The notes under the pieces are model-generated. The model was not told the origin of the DNA, ran no database searches, and saw nothing but the letters and a program-made list of their open reading frames with translations. Position numbers and translations under genes: made by a program. Positions 18,274 to 26,945 of a stretch of DNA of 64,000 nucleotides are shown one piece after another. Source of the DNA: Bacteroidales bacterium (GTDB lineage: Bacteria; Bacteroidota; Bacteroidia; Bacteroidales; P3). Where the stretch lies: positions 27,060-91,059 of the forward strand of contig JAFSYK010000064.1 in the NCBI GenBank assembly GCA_017449975.1, written 5' to 3'. Positions within the stretch are counted from its first letter, which is position 1, and every line of letters begins with the position of its first letter.

Positions 18274-18984
18274 ATGTTCAACATTCTTTTAGCCATTCAA
18301 TCTGACATGTCGGCGGTGCAAACGGTGGCTGACACCATGATGAGCGCTGCTGCTCCTGAGAAAATTACCTTCTGGTCGTTGGCCTTGAAAGGTGGTTGGA
18401 TTATGGGCTTGCTGGCCCTTATGCTCATCCTTGCTTTGTATATCTCCATTGAGCGCTATCTGACGCTACGTACCGCCATGCGGGAAGAGCTCGACAACAA
18501 CTTTATGAATAGCATTCGCAACTGCATTCATACCGACGATATCGACAAAGCCCGCTCGTTGGCCAAGCAGACCGATACGCCCATTGGTCGTATGATCAGC
18601 AAAGGTCTGTCGCGTCTCGGTCGTCCGCTCACCGACATCCAGGCAGCCATCGAGAACGAGGGCCAGCTGGAGGTGGCACGTATGGAGAAAGGTATCTCGC
18701 TGGTGGCCACAGTGGCCTCGTTGGGACCCATGCTGGGTTTCTTGGGCACCGTCACCGGTATGGTCACCGCTTTCCAGGATATGGCGCACGCCGGCAACAA
18801 TATCGACATCTCCATTCTGGCTACCGGTATCTATGAGGCTATGGTCACCACGATTGGCGGTCTCATTGTCGGTATCATCGCCTACTTCCTTCACAACCTG
18901 CTGGTGACCCGTATCAACAAGGTTGTCTTCACACTGGAAGCCCGTGCCACTGAGTTTATGGATCTCTTACACGAACCCGCATGA
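18274..18984 (+). CDS. exbB: MotA/TolQ/ExbB proton channel protein
   Basis: Three TM segments and SLGPMLGFLGTVTGM signature. Confidence 0.85.
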   Translation: MFNILLAIQSDMSAVQTVADTMMSAAAPEKITFWSLALKGGWIMGLLALMLILALYISIERYLTLRTAMREELDNNFMNSIRNCIHTDDIDKARSLAKQTDTPIGRMISKGLSRLGRPLTDIQAAIENEGQLEVARMEKGISLVATVASLGPMLGFLGTVTGMVTAFQDMAHAGNNIDISILATGIYEAMVTTIGGLIVGIIAYFLHNLLVTRINKVVFTLEARATEFMDLLHEPA

Positions 18985-19394
18985 TCAAGCAACACAATCA
19001 CATACGTCCCGAGTCGTCGACATCCTCCATGTCGGACCTGGTGTTCTTGTTGTTGATTTTCTTCATGATCACCTCCACGCTCATCAGCCCCAACGCGGTG
19101 AAGCTGTTGTTGCCCGAGAGCAACAGCAAGACCATGGCCAAACAGAACGTGACGGTGTACATCGACGAAAACCACAACTTCTATGTTGGCGAAACGGCAG
19201 TCGACCCGTCACAGCTGCAAGGCGACATCGCCGCCGGTATCGAGAGTGGCATCACCGATGCCTGCGTGGTGTTGCGTGCCGACAAAACAGTGGAGGTGCA
19301 GTACATTGTCACCGTCATCGATGCGGTCAACGCCATCAACGACGCCAATGGAACCAAACACAAAGTCATTCTGGCCACTGCACCGAAGAAATAA
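18981..19394 (+). CDS. exbD: biopolymer transporter ExbD/TolR
   Basis: SSMSDLVFLLLIFFMITS TM segment, periplasmic domain, ATGA overlap with exbB. Confidence 0.85.
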   Translation: MIKQHNHIRPESSTSSMSDLVFLLLIFFMITSTLISPNAVKLLLPESNSKTMAKQNVTVYIDENHNFYVGETAVDPSQLQGDIAAGIESGITDACVVLRADKTVEVQYIVTVIDAVNAINDANGTKHKVILATAPKK

Positions 19395-19423
19395 GTTGAG
19401 AGTTAAGAAATGACACGATACCG

Positions 19424-19464
19424 ACATTTGTCTTAACTACTTAACTACTGTTTACTTAACTACT
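19424..19464. repeat. 41-nt dispersed repeat, copy 1
   Basis: acatttgtcttaactacttaactactgtttacttaactact. Near-identical (2 mismatches) to 59186..59226. Confidence 0.9.
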
Positions 19465-19479
19465 AAAGTAATAGTATTA

Positions 19480-20208
19480 ATGACCAGTAAAATCATATCG
19501 GCCTGTATTACTGCCTTCATCATGCTGATGCTGCTACTCATCAGCTTGATTATTGGCTACTATCCGCCTGATCCTCCCATTCCTGAGGAGGGTGTCGAGG
19601 TGGCGATGGGCTTCGACGAGGATGGCCTGGGCGAGAGTGCCGCTTCGGCGGCGTCGCCCCAACAGCAGCCTTCTGCTGCCGCCTCCGACCATTCGTCCCA
19701 ACACACGGAGGAGTCGGTGGCACTGGACAACAGCAGCAAAGGTCGCACCACCAATCCCAACACCGTCAACAAGAATAAGGCCGAGCAGAAGGAGGCCATC
19801 AACTCCAAGGCCCTCTATCCTGGCCGCAAGAACAACACTGCCGGTGGTCAGGGGCAGGGCGATAGCCAAGGCCACGGCCAGCAGGGCAGCCCCAACGGCA
19901 ACAGTACCTCGACCAACTACCACGGGAAGGGTGGCAATGGGACATACGATCTGGCAGGTCGCAGCAGTGTTTCGCTGCCGTTGCCATCGAAGGACTTTAC
20001 CCGCGAAGGAAAGATTGTTGTTAAAATATGGGTCGACCAGCAAGGCAAGGTCACCAAGACTGAGGCTCCGCAGCAAGGTTCCACCATCACCGATGTGACG
20101 ATGGTCCGACAGGCCGAGCAGGCGGCACGCCGTTCGCTGTTCAACGCCGACCCCAACGCCGCGGTCATCCAGACAGGCACCATTACCTATGTCTTCCGAA
20201 AGCAATAA
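19480..20208 (+). CDS. TonB-family energy transducer (TM anchor, Pro/Gly/Gln-rich linker, TonB-C domain)
   Basis: N-terminal TM segment, low-complexity linker, C-terminal GKIVVKIWVDQQGKVTK...ITYVF. Confidence 0.7.
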   Translation: MTSKIISACITAFIMLMLLLISLIIGYYPPDPPIPEEGVEVAMGFDEDGLGESAASAASPQQQPSAAASDHSSQHTEESVALDNSSKGRTTNPNTVNKNKAEQKEAINSKALYPGRKNNTAGGQGQGDSQGHGQQGSPNGNSTSTNYHGKGGNGTYDLAGRSSVSLPLPSKDFTREGKIVVKIWVDQQGKVTKTEAPQQGSTITDVTMVRQAEQAARRSLFNADPNAAVIQTGTITYVFRKQ

Positions 20209-20575
20209 CCGTATCGACAAATACCTGTGGGCGGTACGTCTATTCAAGACCCGTTCGCTGGCGTCGGAAGCCTGTCGTGCCGGTCGTGTCAAGATGAACG
20301 ACCAGGTGTTGAAAGCATCGCACGAGGTGAAGGTGGGTGAGGTCTATTCCATTGCGGTTGACCACATTCACAAGACCATCCAAGTCAAAGCCCTTCTATC
20401 CAACCGTGTCGGCGCACAGCTGGTGGAGAACTACATGGCCGATTTGACCCCCGAGGAGGAATACTCCCGCCAGTCGTCCATCCGTCAAGGCGGCTTCGAG
20501 ATACGCGACCGCGGTGTGGGACGTCCCACCAAACGCGACCGTCGTGAGATAGATAGATTAAAAATTGATTTTTAA
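20189..20575 (+). CDS. S4-domain RNA-binding protein (Hsp15-like)
   Basis: RIDKYLWAVRLFKTRSLASEACRAGRVKMN. Confidence 0.8.
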   Translation: MSSESNNRIDKYLWAVRLFKTRSLASEACRAGRVKMNDQVLKASHEVKVGEVYSIAVDHIHKTIQVKALLSNRVGAQLVENYMADLTPEEEYSRQSSIRQGGFEIRDRGVGRPTKRDRREIDRLKIDF

Positions 20576-20629
20576 CATTTTTACTGCAATAATAATATTA
20601 TATCGCGTACTAATCAATCGTAACAGACA

Positions 20630-21172
20630 TTGGAAGACGAAGAATTGATACAGGAAGTTTTGAACGGAAACACACGCTTATATGCACAGATTGTGGATCG
20701 TTACCAGCAGGTGGTGGCCAATCTGTGCTATAAGCTCTGCGGCAACAAGGTGGATGTGGAAGAGGTGACACAGCAGGTGTTTTGCTCCCTCTACACGGCG
20801 CTGCCCCGCTTCCGTTTTCAATCCAAGCTCAGCACCTTCATCTACCGCATCACCGTCAATGTCGTCAGCAAGCAGCTTAAGTTGCAACGTCGTGCAGTGC
20901 CTCAGTCGCAGCTGCCCAATCTGCCCGACCAGGGGCACAACGACACTGCGGAACAACAGATTGTGCGTGGTGAGCGCGACGCAATGCTGCACCGCTGCAT
21001 CAACCAGTTGAAACCTGAACAGCGCACCGCGCTGGTGCTCTACAGTTTCGACGAGTTCAGCTACAAAGAGATTGCCGACATTATGCAGGTGTCACTGGCC
21101 AAGGTGGAGACACTCATCTTCCGTGCCCGCAAGAATTTGAAAGTAATGATTGAGAATAATAATTGGAAATGA
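20630..21172 (+). CDS. ECF-type RNA polymerase sigma factor
   Basis: Region 2 FIYRITVNVV and region 4 FSYKEIADIMQVSLAKVETLIFRARKNL. TTG start. Confidence 0.85.
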   Translation: MEDEELIQEVLNGNTRLYAQIVDRYQQVVANLCYKLCGNKVDVEEVTQQVFCSLYTALPRFRFQSKLSTFIYRITVNVVSKQLKLQRRAVPQSQLPNLPDQGHNDTAEQQIVRGERDAMLHRCINQLKPEQRTALVLYSFDEFSYKEIADIMQVSLAKVETLIFRARKNLKVMIENNNWK

Positions 21173-21495
21173 ACCAGAAACCTACAGTAGAAGAAGCCAT
21201 TGCGTTGATGGGCCGCACCACCTACGACCGTCCTGTCAATGTTACCGATGCCGTGATGCAGCAGGTGGAGCGCCAGCCGTTGCTGGTGCCGCGGAAACAT
21301 CCCCTGTGGCAACGTTGGACGGTGGCCGCTAGTGTTGCGGTGCTGCTCAGTGCCGGCACGGTGGCGTTCTTTACCTCCAAGCCATCCGACTCCAGCATCG
21401 ATGCCATCTTCACTGATGTCTACGAATACAGCTATAATACCGACGACGCCACCATCTGCGACGAAATGGCGATGGCCAGTTTCTGGTCCGAATAA
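21163..21495 (+). CDS. putative anti-sigma factor (single TM segment)
   Basis: Overlaps the sigma gene stop. One TM segment, WTVAASVAVLLSAGTVAFF. Confidence 0.45.
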   Translation: MEMNQKPTVEEAIALMGRTTYDRPVNVTDAVMQQVERQPLLVPRKHPLWQRWTVAASVAVLLSAGTVAFFTSKPSDSSIDAIFTDVYEYSYNTDDATICDEMAMASFWSE

Positions 21496-21546
21496 AAAAG
21501 ATTACAAAGGATTAACGAATTACCAAATTCCCAAATTCCCAAATAC

Positions 21547-22068
21547 ATGAAAAGAATACTCTCTGTCCTCCTGTTAAGTCTGGCCATTGCCAGCCCGGTT
21601 GTCCTTCGTGCCGACGACCATCCTCATAAGCAGAAGAAATGTCCGCCCGATGTGGCCAGCATAGTGACCGACCTCTCTGCGGCGCAGAAGAAGAAAATTG
21701 AACAAATCAGCAAAGAGGGTAAGGAACGCATCAATCAACTGGAAGGATTGCAGCGTCAGGTACGCGATAGCATCCGCATGTATATGGACAAATACGAGGA
21801 CAACAGCAAGATTCTTTATCCGCTGTTCGATCGTGAAGGAAAGATAGAGACCGATATCAATAAGGAAAAGTATCGCATCAAGACTGCTATCAATAAAATA
21901 TTGACGCCTGACCAGCACAAGCAGCTGGTGGAGCATTTCCGGAAAACGCACAAACATGAGAAATGCGACAAGGCGTGCGACAAGAAATTAGATAAAGGTA
22001 TGCGTGTAATAGACCAGAAGATGCCGGCTAAAAAGAGCGCCAAGCAGCAGCCTTCGGTCAAGCAATAA
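21547..22068 (+). CDS. periplasmic Spy/CpxP-like protein
   Basis: Signal peptide, helical Lys/Gln-rich sequence, LTPDQHKQL (LTxxQ) motif. Confidence 0.5.
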   Translation: MKRILSVLLLSLAIASPVVLRADDHPHKQKKCPPDVASIVTDLSAAQKKKIEQISKEGKERINQLEGLQRQVRDSIRMYMDKYEDNSKILYPLFDREGKIETDINKEKYRIKTAINKILTPDQHKQLVEHFRKTHKHEKCDKACDKKLDKGMRVIDQKMPAKKSAKQQPSVKQ

Positions 22069-22090
22069 CGTTTATGTTATACGATAGAAC

Positions 22091-22130
22091 ACGGCCGCGG
22101 CATCATCGATGCCGCGGCCGTGTGTTTTCT
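22091..22130. terminator. bidirectional terminator between convergent genes
   Basis: acggccgcggcat catcg atgccgcggccgt, a 13-bp GC stem followed by gtgttttct. Confidence 0.8.
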
Positions 22131-22131
22131 C

Positions 22132-23136
22132 TTAAATGAAAAACAGACAAACGCCGCAAACGCTTATCATGGCGCCGATGACCTCACGGGTTGTCACCTT
22201 CTGGTGGAAAAGCCAGACGGAAGGTGCGATGATGAGTATGGGGGTGAGGGCGAAGAGTGTCTGCGCAATGCCTGTGCCGGTGTATTGCGTGGCGAGGAGC
22301 GACAGACTGACACCGACAAAGGGGCCGAACACCGTGGAGCCCAGTGCGCACCACATCGCTTTGCGGTCGCCGACGGCGTGGTGGAGTTGCTTGGCCCAGT
22401 CGCGGTGCGTCAGCATCAGCAGTGCCATAAATCCCACAAGACCCAGGATGGCGCGGATGAAGGTGGCGGCAAAGGGTACGCTCAGATACAGCGGCATGGG
22501 GATCCATGCACCACTGGCGGCAGCCGAAGCGTCAACCCCGGCGGCTTGCAGCGCGGCATCGTAGTGTACCAGTCCGTTCTTGCTCAGCACCAGACCCACA
22601 CCCTGACAGAGGCCTGCCATCACGGCGAAGAAGATTCCGCGAGGTGGTAGCGTGAGCTTGGGTGTTTTTCGTTCGTTCTCGTTTGCATTCTGTTCACTTT
22701 CGTTCACTCCTTTGGACAGGATAGAGAGGCAGATGCCCGACAGGGTGACCACCATGCCTACGATGGCGAGGGGCTTCATCTGCTCGCCCAGCAGCAGGCG
22801 ACCGGTGATGGCGGCGGCAGGGGCGGAGAGTGTCATGAAAAGCTGGCCGAAGCGTGACCCGATGATGATGTAACCCTTCATTAGGCAGTAGTCACCGATG
22901 ACATAGCCCACCAGACTCGACGCCAGCATCCACTTCCATGTTTCGCCGTCGGCATAGCGCGGCCAGGGCACACCCATCACGAGGAATAGCGTGACAGCAA
23001 GCAGCAGCAGTGACATCGTCATGCGCATGATGTTGAACGGCAGCGACCCCATATGCTTGGATCCGACCTCCGCCAGCAAAGCCGTGGCCGTCCACATCAC
23101 CGCCACCAATAAAGCAATAAACTCACCGAGAAACAT
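22132..23136 (-). CDS. DMT (EamA-like) family transporter
   Basis: About 10 TM segments arranged as two EamA-like halves. Confidence 0.8.
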   Translation of the reverse strand: MFLGEFIALLVAVMWTATALLAEVGSKHMGSLPFNIMRMTMSLLLLAVTLFLVMGVPWPRYADGETWKWMLASSLVGYVIGDYCLMKGYIIIGSRFGQLFMTLSAPAAAITGRLLLGEQMKPLAIVGMVVTLSGICLSILSKGVNESEQNANENERKTPKLTLPPRGIFFAVMAGLCQGVGLVLSKNGLVHYDAALQAAGVDASAAASGAWIPMPLYLSVPFAATFIRAILGLVGFMALLMLTHRDWAKQLHHAVGDRKAMWCALGSTVFGPFVGVSLSLLATQYTGTGIAQTLFALTPILIIAPSVWLFHQKVTTREVIGAMISVCGVCLFFI

Positions 23137-23266
23137 AGAAGAATATGGTAATTCGTTAATTTGTTAATACCTGTTGTGCGTCCTATTGGTTAGCAAACTT
23201 TTTGTTTCAGTTGATTATGTAATAATATCCAGAATAAATTTGCAACTTCGATTGTTTTATCGTTGG

Positions 23267-24556
23267 CTATAGTACCGCTTCTATAGCATATAGCGGATAG
23301 TTGGTCATCCATGACTGTTCGCGGTATGGTGCCATTGAGAAACGAACACCGTGCAATCCTTGGTTGGCTTCTATAAACATACGGAGGCTTTTAGATTGGA
23401 GATTGTCTTCAGCCTTCACCTCAATGGGAATAATCTTGCCGTCGTGTTGCATTAGAAAATCAATTTCTCCTCTGGAGTTGTCAGCCGACCAATAGTAGAT
23501 GCTGTTTTCTTTCGACAACTTTAATTGTTGGAATACATATTGTTCTGTCAAAGCTCCCCTGTAGTCGGAGAATAGTGTGCTTTCGGAGAGCAATGCGTTT
23601 GTAGAGAGTCCGCACATGGAAGCGAGCAGGCCCACATCAAGTAGGAACACTTTGAAGGCGGCAAAGTCCTCGTAGGCCGAAAGGGGCATCTGTCCTTTTT
23701 TCGCTCGGTTCACCTTGTATAGCAGACCCGCATCTCGCAACCATTCTATGGCCAGTTCGAAATTCTTGGCACGTGCACCTGCTTTGATAAATCCATAGAT
23801 GAATTTCTTGTTCTCTTTGGATAGCTGACCGCTGACACTGTTCCACACCATGCGCAGGCGAGGTACCTCTTCAATAGGAGCATGTTTTGAAAAGTCGCGG
23901 TCATACGAATCGAGTATTGCTTGTTGGAGCCGTCGAACCTCTTTCAGATCACCGTTGTCGGCAAACGATTGTACCACCTCGGGCATGCCACCAACATAAT
24001 AGTATTGACGCAGGAGCGATTCTAGTCTGGATGCCACGGTCTGTGTTGCATCCCATTGTTGCATCCTTAGGGGTTCCAAAAGATGTTCCTGCCCCATGGC
24101 GTCGACGAACTCAAAGAACGATAACGGGTAAAGATTTATGAAGTCCACTTTTCCTACAGGGAAACTGTCGTGTTGATGCGAAGCTATGCCCAGCAGCGAC
24201 CCTGCGGCCATGACGGGCAGGTGTGGCATTTTCTCGCAGAAATATTTCAGTGCGGTAATGCCGCGTGGTGCCTCTTGGATTTCGTCAAGTATGAGCAGTG
24301 TCTCATCCTCCACCTGCTTTCCAGTGGCCAGATATATCTCAAAAAGGATTCGTTTCATGTCGAAATCCTTCTCGAACAGTGACCTGAGGGCGGGGGTCTC
24401 CTCAAAATTGATATAGATATATTGGGGAAATGCCTCTTCGGCGAAAGTCTTCATAAGCCAAGTCTTTCCCACCTGTCTGGCTCCTTGTATCACGAGAGGT
24501 TTCCGTTTTTTACGCTGCTTCCAGTCGTATAGTTCTTCGATTTTTTGTCGTATCAT
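23267..24556 (-). CDS. ATPase of the AAA_14/DUF4143 family
   Basis: VIQGARQVGKTWL Walker A, LILDEIQ Walker B, C-terminal EIDFLM...IPIEVK restriction-endonuclease-like module. ATG at 24556. Confidence 0.85.
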   Translation of the reverse strand: MIRQKIEELYDWKQRKKRKPLVIQGARQVGKTWLMKTFAEEAFPQYIYINFEETPALRSLFEKDFDMKRILFEIYLATGKQVEDETLLILDEIQEAPRGITALKYFCEKMPHLPVMAAGSLLGIASHQHDSFPVGKVDFINLYPLSFFEFVDAMGQEHLLEPLRMQQWDATQTVASRLESLLRQYYYVGGMPEVVQSFADNGDLKEVRRLQQAILDSYDRDFSKHAPIEEVPRLRMVWNSVSGQLSKENKKFIYGFIKAGARAKNFELAIEWLRDAGLLYKVNRAKKGQMPLSAYEDFAAFKVFLLDVGLLASMCGLSTNALLSESTLFSDYRGALTEQYVFQQLKLSKENSIYYWSADNSRGEIDFLMQHDGKIIPIEVKAEDNLQSKSLRMFIEANQGLHGVRFSMAPYREQSWMTNYPLYAIEAVL

Positions 24557-24586
24557 GCTCTTATTGCCCTCCTTATTTATTCGCTG

Positions 24587-24594
24587 CAAAAATA
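24587..24594 (-). promoter_or_regulatory. -7 box TATTTTTG for the DUF4143 ATPase gene
   Basis: Reverse complement of caaaaata. Confidence 0.5.
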
Positions 24595-24606
24595 CGATTT
24601 ATTCTC

Positions 24607-24694
24607 AAAACTCCGACAGAAAAGTGTATTTTTCACACAAAAACTCCGACTAAAAAGTGTATTGTATATACAAAAACTCCGACTAAAAAGTGTA
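24607..24694. repeat. three direct repeats AAAACTCCGAC(A/T)(G/A)AAAAGTGTA with 33-bp spacing
   Basis: Copies at 24607-24628, 24639-24661 and 24672-24694, immediately upstream of the -7 box. Confidence 0.9.
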
Positions 24695-24857
24695 AATTCA
24701 GATAGAAAGGTGACTTTCCCTAAAAAAGGTTGAAAGAATTGGGAAGGTTAAACTAAATGGGTTTACATAGTTGAGACCCTATCCCTAAACTGGTTTACAC
24801 CATCACAGTTTAGGTTTACATCTTTCGAGCGGCACGAGCCGCTGCCTTGGCAGTACC

Positions 24858-25166
24858 TCACTGCCAAGGAGAAGCAGCGGGCTTGAGAGAAAGTATCCTT
24901 TCAGGACGGGACGCTGAGTGTGAAAATAAAACCGTCACAAAGGATATTCGCACGACGTTATCCACTAATGTATTGTAAAAGTCAGTTGAAATAGGGGCAT
25001 CCTCGTTTGACAAGAAGGTTCTCCAGCCCTCCTCAATGAATGATTTGGCCTTTTGTGGCAACTCTTTTCCTTCATACACCATTGCCAGGTGCTGATATGC
25101 TAAAATTGTTTGATACGTCCAGTCTATTGCGCTGTATTCAACCATAGACCGGCGGCAAATATCCAA
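24858..25166 (-). CDS. hypothetical protein, possibly a TPR-like fragment
   Basis: ORF has only a TTG start. ILAYQHLAMVYEGKELPQKAKSFIEEG is TPR-like. Weak support. Confidence 0.3.
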   Translation of the reverse strand: MDICRRSMVEYSAIDWTYQTILAYQHLAMVYEGKELPQKAKSFIEEGWRTFLSNEDAPISTDFYNTLVDNVVRISFVTVLFSHSASRPERILSLKPAASPWQ

Positions 25167-25236
25167 TCGTTCGCTAAAACTCTTCTCTGCATCGTCATAC
25201 TTTATTCTGTCGCCACAGAAGGGTTAGCGTTTTTTT

Positions 25237-25965
25237 TCATTGATTACAGAGACTTAGTGCATAACGGAGCTTCTCCTGTTCGCTTTTGTCTACATTCTTC
25301 TTCAAAGGTTCAAGCAGGCGTTTGGCTTTTTCAGGGTCTCGTTTTATGCCATAAGACCCCTTTGCATAGATATACCCCAGTGTATATGTCGCCTCCCAGT
25401 TGCCATTCTCCGAAGCCTTCGTCAGCCATTCAATGCCAGTATTTATTTCGTGTGTAACATGACTTACATCGATATTAAGCATACCCAGCCGATACTGGGC
25501 AGCTGCCACGCAAGTCGCTCCGTCCAGTGCTAGTGTATTCCATAACTCGTCAGAATATATAGGGCCAAGCATCCTCTTGAACCTGTCTTCGTCGTATTCG
25601 TGTTGGACGGTATTAAGATAGCTCATGTATGCCAATAATCTGTCTCGCATTTCGGAGCAATTCTCATAGCATAATCCCAATGCAAGCCACGAAGCAGTGC
25701 AACCAAGTTCAACACAACTGTGTAGATAGAGCGTTGCTTTGAAACCAGTACTATAGAATCCTATGGCATGATATGCCAGTATAAATCCTTGTTTGGCTGA
25801 TTCTTCAAACCAGTGCATTGCCGTCTCTTTGTCTTTTCCCACAAGGTGGTATCCATATTCGAATTGGCAGAGTGCATCCCCATTCTCGGCACCCTCCTTA
25901 AGTAGTTTGACCTTTTCCTCTTCCGAAGCTTGCTCGTATTTTGTCCAATCTATATTGTTTTCCAT
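25237..25965 (-). CDS. Sel1-like repeat protein
   Basis: Repeated modules of the form GDALCQFEYGYHL...AMHWFEESAKQG and NWEATYTLGYIYAKG...KAKRLLEP. Confidence 0.7.
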   Translation of the reverse strand: MENNIDWTKYEQASEEEKVKLLKEGAENGDALCQFEYGYHLVGKDKETAMHWFEESAKQGFILAYHAIGFYSTGFKATLYLHSCVELGCTASWLALGLCYENCSEMRDRLLAYMSYLNTVQHEYDEDRFKRMLGPIYSDELWNTLALDGATCVAAAQYRLGMLNIDVSHVTHEINTGIEWLTKASENGNWEATYTLGYIYAKGSYGIKRDPEKAKRLLEPLKKNVDKSEQEKLRYALSLCNQ

Positions 25966-25974
25966 ATAGTTTCT

Positions 25975-26865
25975 TTATTTTGATTCGAATGATGAATTGT
26001 GCATTTTGAACAGGTTGTAGTACGACCTCATGTTTTCAAGTTCATACCATTTTGCCGTTTGTACTGGTGTGGCATCAAGGTTGTATATCAATGCGTCAGG
26101 CAATGAGAGCAAGAAAGGTGAGTGGGTGGCAATGACAAGCTGGCAACGTCCTCTATGAGCAAGGCTGTATAGCTCGTGAGCCAGCACTTGTTGGGTTTCT
26201 GCCGATAGACTGTTCTCCGGCTCGTCTAACAAGACTAGAGACTCCTCTTCTATCTGTTCAACAAAGTACTTGAAGCCAGACTCGCCATTGCTCATTTCCG
26301 CATGTTTGCGATAATCCATAGTGCGTTTGATAAATTTTGACATAGTGAGAGACTTGGGAACGTGCTCCATTGCAAAATACTGTTGCGACACGTCTTCTAT
26401 CTGTACGTCCTTTTCAAGATTGCGCTGCCTAGTGGCAAGTATGTTATTGAAAACATCATCGCTGACAATTATCTTACCCCTGCGTATGGCTGATGGTGCA
26501 ATATACTGGTCGGTCAACTCATAGCCACCGTTACCCTGGCAGTAACTCTCAAAGAAAGGGCTGGTATTGAACAATGATAGTCTTTGCAGTTTCAGTTTTT
26601 GAGCAATAACATTCAGTATCGTAGTCTTGCCCGAAGCATTGCCACCATAGAATATGGTAATATCACCAAAGTCGATATGGGTGAAATAACGGTTGTAGAA
26701 AGTATTCCAAGGGTACCAACTTTGGTGAATTGTTCTGCTGTCAAAATCTAACTGAAAGTATATGTCAGGAATATCTTTGGGGATACCCTCTGGGTGTTTG
26801 GGTGGGGTAAAATAGTAGTCCACCCATGTATCCTTTGGCAGATTAAAAGATTTCAAATATACCAT
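25975..26865 (-). CDS. ABC-type (AAA_21-like) ATPase without a fused effector
   Basis: Walker A FYGGNASGKTT, Walker B/D-loop LVLLDEPENSLS, H-loop IATHSPFLL. ATG at 26865. Confidence 0.8.
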   Translation of the reverse strand: MVYLKSFNLPKDTWVDYYFTPPKHPEGIPKDIPDIYFQLDFDSRTIHQSWYPWNTFYNRYFTHIDFGDITIFYGGNASGKTTILNVIAQKLKLQRLSLFNTSPFFESYCQGNGGYELTDQYIAPSAIRRGKIIVSDDVFNNILATRQRNLEKDVQIEDVSQQYFAMEHVPKSLTMSKFIKRTMDYRKHAEMSNGESGFKYFVEQIEEESLVLLDEPENSLSAETQQVLAHELYSLAHRGRCQLVIATHSPFLLSLPDALIYNLDATPVQTAKWYELENMRSYYNLFKMHNSSFESK

Positions 26866-26877
26866 TACTTTTTTTTG

Positions 26878-26931
26878 CAAAGGTACACCTAATATAACCT
26901 CGATCAGAGATTATAGACAATTATAGAAAAA
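26878..26931 (-). promoter_or_regulatory. promoter module: TTTTTCTATAATTGTCTATAATC, 23-nt spacer, TACCTTTG
   Basis: Reverse complement read directly. The same architecture occurs at 32459-32513, and a weaker version at 31794-31849. Confidence 0.6.
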
Positions 26932-26945
26932 GTACCTTCTATTTA

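Noticed and set aside
22120-22650. Plus-strand ORFs (22120..22650, 22136..22564) opposite the DMT transporter
   Set aside because: The minus-strand product has clear 10-TM EamA-like organisation. The plus frames are Gly/Ala/Arg-rich shadows.
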